Source: Candidatus Gottesmanbacteria bacterium RIFCSPHIGHO2_01_FULL_40_15 (lineage in GTDB: Bacteria; Patescibacteriota; Microgenomatia; 2-02-FULL-39-11). From it: a DNA stretch of 49,500 bases. Shown piece by piece: positions 24,369-32,111 of the stretch; the stretch's first letter is position 1; the number at the start of each line of letters is the position of its first letter. A model generated the notes under the pieces. The model ran no database searches. It had not been told where the DNA came from and worked only from the letters and a program-made list of their open reading frames with translations. The DNA lies in contig MFJF01000032.1 in NCBI GenBank assembly GCA_001779115.1, positions 1 to 49,500 on the forward strand, in the 5' to 3' direction. A program made the position numbers and the translations under genes.

Positions 24369-27206
24369 GTGCCTGTTAGGAATATTTTCAGTTTAATCAA
24401 GAAGGGATTTAAGGGTCAAAGAGGAGAGATTGCCACCGTTGTTGCCCTTATCGGACTGGGTATTGTTACCGCCGGAATTTTTGTCGCCAACCAACTAGTG
24501 AAACAGGGGCCAAGAGATATTCCTCAAGCAGCTTCAACCGGATCATGGGTAGATCCGGCAACAGGAGCAGTTTGTAATTCTACAAATTATTTCGTTTACT
24601 ACTCAGGAGGCGGTTGTACCGGAACAGCCGGTTACCGGACGGAATCAATCAGTCCTCAGGGACCGTGTTCAACCAACGGATCCGGAGTCTGTTTTAAAGT
24701 CGGCGGATCTGCCGTTTCTTTTTCGGCCATATCTACATGGTCGTATAGTACCAAGAGCTGTACGGCAAAAAGCGCGACAGTTCCTGCTGCCATGTACAGT
24801 AAAATTATCCAATGTCAATGGAGGGCAGCCAATGCCACTTTTACTCCAACCAAAACTCCGGTTCCGACCAGTCCGCCGAAAACCCCGACTAAGACACCAA
24901 CCAAAACCCCAACCAAAACACCGACACCGATAACTTCTTCAATGTCAGTTACTCTTTCGGCTATTCCTTCAACAGGATCTGTTCCTCTTAACAATGTAGA
25001 CCTTAAGGCTGTAGTTACAGTTTGGGGAGCAGACAGCGGAAGTTTCTATTACCAGTTTGACTGTACCAATAACGGAACTTATGAGAAAAATGTTACCAGT
25101 TCTCAAGCTACCTATACGGCGGTTGATGTATGTGATTACACAAGTTCCGGAACTAAGACGGCCAAAGTCAAGGTAACCGCAGGTTCACAAACTACTACAG
25201 ATACGGTTTCTGTTACGGTCGGCAGCGCAACTACTCCTTCCAAAACCCCTACAAAGACACCGACCGGAACAGGGCCTTCCAAAACTCCGACCAAAACACC
25301 AACAAAATCACCGACACCATATACCGGTGCCAAATCACCAACTCCTTCCAAAACTCCGACGAAAACACCGACGGGCACCGGTCCGTCCAAAACACCTACC
25401 AAAACACCGACCAAATCACCGACTCCGCCTAAGTCGCCTACACCACAACAATCAACTGGCGGAAAAATTTTCCCATTGGAAGATACTCATGTGCGATCGG
25501 GCAGCCCAAACAGTAATTACTGTCAGGATCAGCTTCAGGTTGACGGAGACCCGGTGAAGGTTACTTATATCAAGTTTGATTTAAGAGATTTAAATACTAC
25601 CGTCAATACAGCCAAACTCTGGATGAGGATTACTGATTCTTCATCGGCAACCTTCAGAATCAAGGCAGTTTCCAGTAACAGCTGGACAGAGTGCAGTATG
25701 ACCTATAATAACAGGCCGTCGTTGGGAGATCAGAAAGCGACATTTACTGACGCCACTGCCGGCACCTGGAAATCTGTCGATATTACATCACATGTGAAAA
25801 ATAAAGCAGGTTCGATAATGACCATTGCCGTTGACTCTTCGGGAAGCAACGGGGTTGATTTTTATTCCCGGGAAAATTCAACATATGCGCCTTATATAGA
25901 GATCAATGGTGGAACTGTAGCAGTAACACCAACTAAAACGCCGACGAAAACACCAACAGGTATTGTGCCTATTACTCCAACCGAACCGGTAATTACACCC
26001 ACATCGGGTCAGCCTCCGACACCGCTGCCTGATCAGGTCGGGGTATTTTTCTCACCCCAGGTTGCCGCGGTTCCGCCTGTTACCAATATGAGGATAATGA
26101 TGAATTCCGGAGGAAGATCGGTTGCTTTTGCCAGAGTAGTATTTAATTTTGATCAATCCCTTATAAATTTAAAAAGCGAAATAACGGTAATCGGTCAGAT
26201 GTCGACAATTGTTGAAAAAACAACTATGAATCAGGCTAATTCTTCCGGAAGAGTTGTGATTGTAGCTGCTTCATCACCCGGAGATATTCCGCCCAACGGT
26301 ATTTTTGAATTTGCATCATTTGATATTGATTCCAATACTACTTTAACTGATGCTACGGTAGAGATAATTTTTGATACTTTTGACAGTCAGATTGTGGATA
26401 AACTAGGTCCTGAAATTCCGGCAACATATACAAATGCGTTTATTAATGTGTTTGGTATAACCGAACCTACTGTGACTTCCATAGTTACCCCGACGATTAC
26501 TCCAGGAGGTCCGACTTTGACTTTACCGCCATATGAAACCGGAGTATTTTTCTCACCCCAGGTTGCCGCGGTTCCGCCTGTTACCAATATGAGGATAATG
26601 ATGAATTCCGGAGGAAGATCGGTTGCTTTTGCCAGAATAGTTTTTACATTTGATACAAGTAAAATCAGGATGGCCAGTGAGATAACGACAACAGGTCAAA
26701 TGTCGACGACTGTGGAAAAGACCAGCATGAATAATGCCAACACAACAGGCAGAGCAACAATTGTTATTGCCGCTTCTCCAAGCGATAATCCACCTAACGG
26801 AATTTTTGAATTCGCCTCGTTTGATATAGATGCCAATACTGGTGAATCAGACATCCAGACTTACCTTAATTTTGATCAGGCTGACAGTCAACTTGTTGAT
26901 GCGGCAGGACCGGAAATACCGACCCAATATACCGACGCCGTTATAACGGTTCACGGATCGGCAATATCGGGTACACCTCCTGTTTCTGAGTGTCCAAGAG
27001 GACCGGAAGGTAATTTGGATTGTGACACAATGGGTTGCGTAGATACGGCTGATTTTGAACTGTTCCGACAGGCATACGGAAAAACTGTTGGTGAGATAAG
27101 CGTTCCTGCCGGCCAGCATACTCCTGATTTGGTGACGGATTCATTTAATATGATCGATACAGCTGATTATGAAATTTTGAGAGCCAATTTCGGCTCTTGC
27201 CAGTAA
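24369..27206 (+). CDS. Large secreted modular protein: N-terminal Cys-rich region, Pro/Thr linkers, Ig-like region, DNRLRE-like domain, two type-B cohesin-like modules and a C-terminal Cys-containing dockerin-like module
   Basis: GTG start plus TM. Linkers of (TPTK)n. The DNRLRE-like pattern is FPLEDTHVRSGSPNSNY...VTYIKFDLRDL...AKLWMRI...SNSWTECSMTYNNRP (nt ~25459-25915). Modules at ~26036-26460 and ~26537-26950. The C-terminal 71 aa are CPRGPEGNLDCDTMGCVDTADFELFRQAYG...DLVTDSFNMIDTADYEILRANFGSCQ. Confidence 0.75.
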   Translation: MPVRNIFSLIKKGFKGQRGEIATVVALIGLGIVTAGIFVANQLVKQGPRDIPQAASTGSWVDPATGAVCNSTNYFVYYSGGGCTGTAGYRTESISPQGPCSTNGSGVCFKVGGSAVSFSAISTWSYSTKSCTAKSATVPAAMYSKIIQCQWRAANATFTPTKTPVPTSPPKTPTKTPTKTPTKTPTPITSSMSVTLSAIPSTGSVPLNNVDLKAVVTVWGADSGSFYYQFDCTNNGTYEKNVTSSQATYTAVDVCDYTSSGTKTAKVKVTAGSQTTTDTVSVTVGSATTPSKTPTKTPTGTGPSKTPTKTPTKSPTPYTGAKSPTPSKTPTKTPTGTGPSKTPTKTPTKSPTPPKSPTPQQSTGGKIFPLEDTHVRSGSPNSNYCQDQLQVDGDPVKVTYIKFDLRDLNTTVNTAKLWMRITDSSSATFRIKAVSSNSWTECSMTYNNRPSLGDQKATFTDATAGTWKSVDITSHVKNKAGSIMTIAVDSSGSNGVDFYSRENSTYAPYIEINGGTVAVTPTKTPTKTPTGIVPITPTEPVITPTSGQPPTPLPDQVGVFFSPQVAAVPPVTNMRIMMNSGGRSVAFARVVFNFDQSLINLKSEITVIGQMSTIVEKTTMNQANSSGRVVIVAASSPGDIPPNGIFEFASFDIDSNTTLTDATVEIIFDTFDSQIVDKLGPEIPATYTNAFINVFGITEPTVTSIVTPTITPGGPTLTLPPYETGVFFSPQVAAVPPVTNMRIMMNSGGRSVAFARIVFTFDTSKIRMASEITTTGQMSTTVEKTSMNNANTTGRATIVIAASPSDNPPNGIFEFASFDIDANTGESDIQTYLNFDQADSQLVDAAGPEIPTQYTDAVITVHGSAISGTPPVSECPRGPEGNLDCDTMGCVDTADFELFRQAYGKTVGEISVPAGQHTPDLVTDSFNMIDTADYEILRANFGSCQ
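25236..25427 (+). repeat. Tandem duplication of an 84-nt Pro/Thr/Lys linker unit (PSKTPTKTPTGTGPSKTPTKTPTKSPTP), 108-nt period
   Basis: Copies at 25236-25319 and 25344-25427 differ only at synonymous third positions. A related (TPTK)n tract lies at ~24842-24930. Confidence 0.8.
26043..26636 (+). repeat. Intragenic module duplication (501-nt offset) with a 93-nt perfectly identical core
   Basis: 26043-26135 and 26544-26636 are identical (gtatttttctcaccccaggttgccgcggttccgcctgttaccaatatgaggataatgatgaattccggaggaagatcggttgcttttgccaga). The flanking parts of the two modules are clearly diverged. Confidence 0.9.
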
Positions 27207-27231
27207 AATTATTAAAGGAGGTCAGGTAAAC

Positions 27232-28023
27232 ATGTTAAAAAAATTTAAAAATAGTGAGAAAAACAAATTTTTTCTTATTATTGCACTATTGGTTTTTATA
27301 CCTCTGGGAATTTATGCTACCGGTTTGGTTCAGGATATCAGAAACCGGGCAGCCGGAACTAATGAAGTCGGACTGAGGTTTTCACCAATGTCCGGAATTT
27401 ACAAACCTGGTGATGTTATTGATCTGAAGGTAACTTTACATAAGCTGGTATCAAGGAGCATAAATGTGTCCGGTGCCCAGGCGGTATTTACCGTTAGCGA
27501 TAAATTTAACGTTGGAGAAGTAAATTGTCAGTCACCCTTTGACGGCCTTCCTTTTGTAAAAGTAAACGGTCAGACAGTTACTGTCTTTTGTGCCATTAAT
27601 ACTTTTACTTCACCCGTACCGGTGACTTCATCAGATTTGCCGTTTGCCTCCGTTTCTTTGACCGTTTCCCAGCAGGCACTTGAGGGACAGGCGCTGATTG
27701 AGTTTGTTTCCACCAGAGTAACTGAATCCGGTATATCGGGTCAGGCGCCTGATGTATCGACTGCCGGAACATCGGCTACTTTCACAATTGTAATCCCTCC
27801 AACCTGCCCAAGGGGTGACATGGGTAATCTGGATTGTGATAATTTCGGATGTATTGATACAGCTGATTTTGAGCTGTTCCGTCAAGCTTACGGAAAGACT
27901 GTCGGTGAAATCACTGTACCTACCGGTCAGCACACTCCTGACTTGGTGACGGATTCATTTAATATGATCGATACGGCAGATTATGAAATATTAAGGAGTA
28001 ATTTCGGTACTTGCAGTAATTGA
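27232..28023 (+). CDS. Signal-anchored protein with a type-A cohesin-like module and a Cys-containing dockerin-like C-terminus
   Basis: RFSPMSGIYKPGDVIDLKVTLHKLVSRSINVSGAQAVFTVSDKFNVGEVNCQSPFDGLPFVKVNGQTVTVFCAI. The C-terminal 72 aa (27805-28020) are paralogous to 26991-27203. Confidence 0.75.
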   Translation: MLKKFKNSEKNKFFLIIALLVFIPLGIYATGLVQDIRNRAAGTNEVGLRFSPMSGIYKPGDVIDLKVTLHKLVSRSINVSGAQAVFTVSDKFNVGEVNCQSPFDGLPFVKVNGQTVTVFCAINTFTSPVPVTSSDLPFASVSLTVSQQALEGQALIEFVSTRVTESGISGQAPDVSTAGTSATFTIVIPPTCPRGDMGNLDCDNFGCIDTADFELFRQAYGKTVGEITVPTGQHTPDLVTDSFNMIDTADYEILRSNFGTCSN

Positions 28024-28088
28024 AGTACAAATTAAAAAAATAACAAATAAAAGATACAAACTGATAACTAATATCTAGGTGGGGATTA

Positions 28089-29885
28089 TTGTATATTAGA
28101 TATACAGGCGAATTTATGAATAATATTTTGAAGGACAAAAAGCTAAGGAAAAAGCTGACGATTACCGGGCTTTTGTTAGTTTTACCTCTGATAGTTCTCG
28201 GAGCTTTACAGGTTCAAAATCTGGTCAAAAGAGCGGCCGGATCCAATGAAGTCGGGATGCGTTTTACACCCTCATCTGGAGTATTAACTCCGGGACAACA
28301 GATAACCGTTAAAGTTGCTATGCATAAATTGGCATTAAGAACCATTAATGTTTCCGGAGCCCAGGCTGTTATTGATGTCAGCAGTAAATTTGTTATTGAT
28401 TCGGCTGATTGTGAAGCCCCTTTTAACGGATTGCCCTTTACTAAAATAAACGGCCAATCGGTAACAATAATGTGTGCCATTGCTACTACTGCCAATCCGG
28501 TTCCGGTAAATTCTTCCGACCTTGTTTTTGCCCAACTTAATTTGACTGTTCTAAATTCAGCCGGAGAAGGAAATGCCGAAATCGGTTTTACTTCAACCAG
28601 AGTTACTGAGGCTGGTATTCCCGGACAGGCTCCTGATGTCTCGACAGCAGGAACAGGAGCCACATTCAGTATTTCCTCCAGCGGCGAGATTACTCCGACA
28701 CAGCCGGATACGGGTGATGTTACTCTGTCATTTTCTCCGTCAAGCGTCAATCTGCCCCCTGCATCGAATGTGAAAATAATGGCTGACAGCGGTGGCAAAT
28801 TCATAGCTTTTGTAAGAGCGGTTATTACTTTCGATAATTCCAAAGTAAATCTTAACAGCGAAATTACAACCAACCCGCAACTTTCAACAATTGTTGAAAA
28901 AACCGGCAGAGTTAATGCAAACCAGTTTGGAAGAGCCAATATAGTAATTGCCGCAGCTCCGACTGATAGTCAACCTTCAGGAGTATTTGAGTTGGCTTCA
29001 TTTTCCTTAACCAATATTTCAACAACCGCAGATTCGACCCAGATGAGTTTTGATATTTCCGATATGCAGATCGTAGACGGTACCGGCCAGGAATTATCAA
29101 TCGGCAGCAGTGTGTTAAGTATTACCATAAACGGAAGCAATGTTACTCCATCACCTGGAGGGGAGTTTGAGATACCGATCGGAGAGAAAGACCAGTTGGT
29201 TATTGATATCGGAGGAGAGGGTCCAACGCCTACCGGAGGGTTGCCGACAGATGTACCCGGAAATGTTCCCCAGATTACTTTCTCGGCAGTTCTGGCCCAT
29301 ACCCAGAGTAATCCCGATATGTATTTCCGCTTAAGAGTTAAAGATGAACTTTATTTTCTTGATAATCCGGGAGTTGTTCTTAATCCCTCCTGTACTACAC
29401 CGGGTCCGGGTGACAAAGATTTCTATATACCGATGCGCGCCCAGGGGACTATATACAAGCCGGTTCCCTCAATCAATATTCCGGTGCCAAGCGGAGTCAA
29501 TGTCGCCGATGTGACAGCTGACGGCTGGGTGATTCTCAACGGTGTTTCTCAAAACAGATATTATTCTCTTCTTCTTAAAGCTCCGCTTTTCCGGGGATCC
29601 GAAATGGCCGAGCATGTATTTTTAAAAGGCGGACAAAAGCCGGAGCAGGTGTTTTCTTGGATCAATAATCCTTTAGAACCCGGAGATTTGCCAAATCCCA
29701 ATAACCAGATGCTTCAGGATTGTACCGTTAATTCAATTGACATCTCTTTGATTGTTGCCCGGATCGGCAGCACCAATACACCGGATCTGTCCGTCGGGGA
29801 TGTCAATTTTGACAATATTGTTAACGGAAATGACGTATCAAAAGTAGTCAATACTTTATCGACAAAACCGGATGATGATCTATAA
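28089..29885 (+). CDS. Signal-anchored protein: type-A cohesin-like module, type-B cohesin-like module, unknown ~200-aa domain, C-terminal dockerin-like module
   Basis: RFTPSSGVLTPGQQITVKVAMHKLALRTINVSGAQAVIDVSSKF...; VKIMADSGGKFIAFVRAVITFDNSKVNLNSEI...IAAAPTDSQPSGVFELASFSL; C-terminus NSIDISLIVARIG...GDVNFDNIVNGNDVSKVVNTL. The likely true start is ATG 28116 (MNNILKDKKLRKK plus TM). Confidence 0.75.
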   Translation: MYIRYTGEFMNNILKDKKLRKKLTITGLLLVLPLIVLGALQVQNLVKRAAGSNEVGMRFTPSSGVLTPGQQITVKVAMHKLALRTINVSGAQAVIDVSSKFVIDSADCEAPFNGLPFTKINGQSVTIMCAIATTANPVPVNSSDLVFAQLNLTVLNSAGEGNAEIGFTSTRVTEAGIPGQAPDVSTAGTGATFSISSSGEITPTQPDTGDVTLSFSPSSVNLPPASNVKIMADSGGKFIAFVRAVITFDNSKVNLNSEITTNPQLSTIVEKTGRVNANQFGRANIVIAAAPTDSQPSGVFELASFSLTNISTTADSTQMSFDISDMQIVDGTGQELSIGSSVLSITINGSNVTPSPGGEFEIPIGEKDQLVIDIGGEGPTPTGGLPTDVPGNVPQITFSAVLAHTQSNPDMYFRLRVKDELYFLDNPGVVLNPSCTTPGPGDKDFYIPMRAQGTIYKPVPSINIPVPSGVNVADVTADGWVILNGVSQNRYYSLLLKAPLFRGSEMAEHVFLKGGQKPEQVFSWINNPLEPGDLPNPNNQMLQDCTVNSIDISLIVARIGSTNTPDLSVGDVNFDNIVNGNDVSKVVNTLSTKPDDDL

Positions 29886-29958
29886 ACGGGTACATTTAGT
29901 ATGCGGTTTTTGGGAGTTTTACATTTTTTAGAAAAATTAACCGGAAGGAATAACCTGT

Positions 29959-30549
29959 ATGGGTGAAAAGCAAAAAATATTTATTGTGCTTCTTATTCTG
30001 GCGGTTCTTATAAGCGGCATCATTTATATCAGAAAAAGAAACAGTTCCGTTAAGATTATTCCGGAAGTTCAAATACAGGAGAAAGAAGAAGCATTTGAGG
30101 ATGAAGAAATAAAAGGAGGATCAATCTTTTTAAGTACCGATACGCCCCTGATTAAAGTCGGGAGTGAAGCAACTGTTTCTGTAAATTTCGGGGCTTACGG
30201 TAAAAACATTTTCGGTTCCGATGTAATTCTTCTTTTTGATCCTGAATATTTATCTACTGATGAGAATATGATTGAACCGGGGGATTTTTTTACATCCATT
30301 CCCAGAAAAACAGTTGATACTGACAACGGAATAATCAAAATAACGGCAATAGAGGGGCGGGATGAGGTTCTAACAGAGGAAGTATCAAATGCATTTAGCA
30401 TCAGGTTCCGGGGACTAAAACCGGGTTCCTCGGTTATTTCTTTCAGCTTCATTAAAAACGAGACAAACACAACCACTTTAGTTGAAAGGGGCAGCAGTCA
30501 AAACTTGCTGGACGAAGTACAGTCAGAGACAATTGATATTGAGGAATAA
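29959..30549 (+). CDS. Signal-anchored single cohesin-domain protein
   Basis: TM at the N-terminus. KVGSEATVSVNFGAYGKNIFGSDVILLFDPEYLS...FSIRFRGLKPGSSVISF. Confidence 0.7.
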   Translation: MGEKQKIFIVLLILAVLISGIIYIRKRNSSVKIIPEVQIQEKEEAFEDEEIKGGSIFLSTDTPLIKVGSEATVSVNFGAYGKNIFGSDVILLFDPEYLSTDENMIEPGDFFTSIPRKTVDTDNGIIKITAIEGRDEVLTEEVSNAFSIRFRGLKPGSSVISFSFIKNETNTTTLVERGSSQNLLDEVQSETIDIEE

Positions 30550-30558
30550 TAATACTTC

Positions 30559-31401
30559 ATGAGAAAAATATATACCGGAATAATATTTTCATTCCTAATA
30601 TTTTTATTTTCCGCAGTTAGCGCGGGAAGCGTTTACGCCCAATATTTTAATCTCGAGCTTGAAAATCCCGGACAGTCAATAAATGTAAATGATATTTTTA
30701 ACGTAAAAATAATGATAAATACCCAAGGGGTAGAAGCCATCAACGGGGATGCTTTACTTCAGTTTGATTCGGGAAAAATAAGCATATTATCGGCACAAAG
30801 TGAAAATTTTTTCACTTTCGCTTTTTCCACCTTCATTTCAGGCTCCAATAATAAATATCTGGCTTCAAGTTGGGAGGAGTCAATCGCGCATGCCAAATCA
30901 TCCTCAAGCGAAACGCCGTTTTATACATTGTCGGTTAAAGCAGTCGGTTCAGGACAAACACAGTTAACATTTATCTGCCAGAGCGGATCTGAGGCCGATA
31001 CCAATATTAACCGATCAGCAGATTCAGCCGATGTGGTTAACTGTCCGCTGCAACCGTTAAACCTTAATATCGGTTCTACCAGCGGGAATGGACCAACGAT
31101 AACTCCTCCGGATACTAATCCGACTGATTCGGGATATTTGAGTCCGACACCTGATTACGGACAGTATCCCACGCCGACATTTACTCCGTCTCCGACTCCG
31201 GAACCAACGGAAACGCCGACACCAACACCTGAACCTCCGACTGAAACTCCGACACCAACTGATTTATCAGATTTATCAGCGGATGAAGAGTCAACAATTT
31301 CGGCGGAAGATTTACCCAGAGCTGGAGTATTTGGGTTAACCTTAGGTGTTTTAAGTTTGGGAACTATCTTGACCGCGATAGGTGTTTTGTTTATGCTCTA
31401 A
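30559..31401 (+). CDS. Cell-wall-anchoring cohesin protein: signal peptide, cohesin module, Pro/Thr/Glu linker, LPRAG sorting-signal-like C-terminus
   Basis: Signal peptide ending VYAQ. NVNDIFNVKIMINTQGVEAINGDALLQFDSGKISILS. TPEPTETPTPTPEPPTETPTPT. The terminal LPRAG (31312-31326) is followed by a 24-aa hydrophobic tail, GVFGLTLGVLSLGTILTAIGVLFML. Confidence 0.7.
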   Translation: MRKIYTGIIFSFLIFLFSAVSAGSVYAQYFNLELENPGQSINVNDIFNVKIMINTQGVEAINGDALLQFDSGKISILSAQSENFFTFAFSTFISGSNNKYLASSWEESIAHAKSSSSETPFYTLSVKAVGSGQTQLTFICQSGSEADTNINRSADSADVVNCPLQPLNLNIGSTSGNGPTITPPDTNPTDSGYLSPTPDYGQYPTPTFTPSPTPEPTETPTPTPEPPTETPTPTDLSDLSADEESTISAEDLPRAGVFGLTLGVLSLGTILTAIGVLFML

Positions 31402-31428
31402 CTGAGAAGAATTTAATAAAATTTAATT

Positions 31429-32094
31429 ATGTCATTGGGATCTTTTAAAAAACAGGTTAAATACATTTTACTGATCGCAGTAAGCCTTCTTATTTTTGTA
31501 GCAACTGTTATTTTGGGAAAGCAGGCTTCCGTTTATTTTGCCAGTGCATCCGAATGTCCGGCTAAGAATATAAGAACAGAAAGTGTCGGACCGAACAGTT
31601 CGGTAATCGCCTGGGATACCGATGATCGAACCCAAGGGAGAGTTGAATATGGAACCAATGCGGTTTCCCTGACTTTTACATCTCCTGAAGCGCAATCCAA
31701 AACCAATCATACCGTTCCTTTAACACTTCTGACCCCCAATACCGTTTATTATTACCTGGTGGCAGTCGGGGAGACCAGATGCGATTCAACCGGCCAGAAA
31801 TGTGAAGGTGACTGTGTTCCATACAGTTTTACAACTTCATCTCTGACAAAACAAGGTGATAGTGAAGAGGAAGATGTTACTCCGACGCAAAGAACTATGC
31901 CTTCGGTAACGGTACCGGCTGCTTCGGCTCAACCCACCAGCTCTTTATCACTTTTTTGTAAAGCGGTTCAGGCTAATATCGGTAAGAATGAAACGGTTGA
32001 GTCGGAATGGTCGTCATTGAAAACTTATGACATCGACAGCAACGGAATAATCAACGGCCTTGATGTCATCAAGTGCCAGAAGAGCGGGAAATAA
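31429..32094 (+). CDS. Signal-anchored FN3/purple-acid-phosphatase-N-like domain protein with a single dockerin-like segment at the C-terminus
   Basis: SVGPNSSVIAWDTDDRTQGRVEYGTN...HTVPLTLLTPNTVYYYLV (FN3-type pattern). C-terminus YDIDSNGIINGLDVIKCQ (EF-hand-like dockerin segment, ~32026-32091). Confidence 0.6.
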   Translation: MSLGSFKKQVKYILLIAVSLLIFVATVILGKQASVYFASASECPAKNIRTESVGPNSSVIAWDTDDRTQGRVEYGTNAVSLTFTSPEAQSKTNHTVPLTLLTPNTVYYYLVAVGETRCDSTGQKCEGDCVPYSFTTSSLTKQGDSEEEDVTPTQRTMPSVTVPAASAQPTSSLSLFCKAVQANIGKNETVESEWSSLKTYDIDSNGIINGLDVIKCQKSGK

Positions 32095-32111
32095 AGAAAT
32101 TAATAAATTGC

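Noticed and set aside
25136-25557. ORFs 25136..25414 (-; VGVLVGVL repeats) and 25327..25557 (+; basic).
   Set aside because: They are alternative frames of the Pro/Thr/Lys linker repeat in gene 24369..27206.
26991-28020. The two near-identical C-terminal modules as a DGR variable-repeat/template-repeat pair.
   Set aside because: The differences between the copies are of all substitution types (mostly synonymous transitions and transversions), not adenine-specific. Both copies are in-frame gene ends. No reverse transcriptase is present in the window.
28214-28939. Minus-strand 241-aa ORF inside gene 28089..29885 (and smaller ones at 28335..28535 and 28912..29100).
   Set aside because: It is antisense to a gene with recognisable cohesin-like modules shared with paralogues. 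It looks like a typical shadow ORF and has no start context or motifs.
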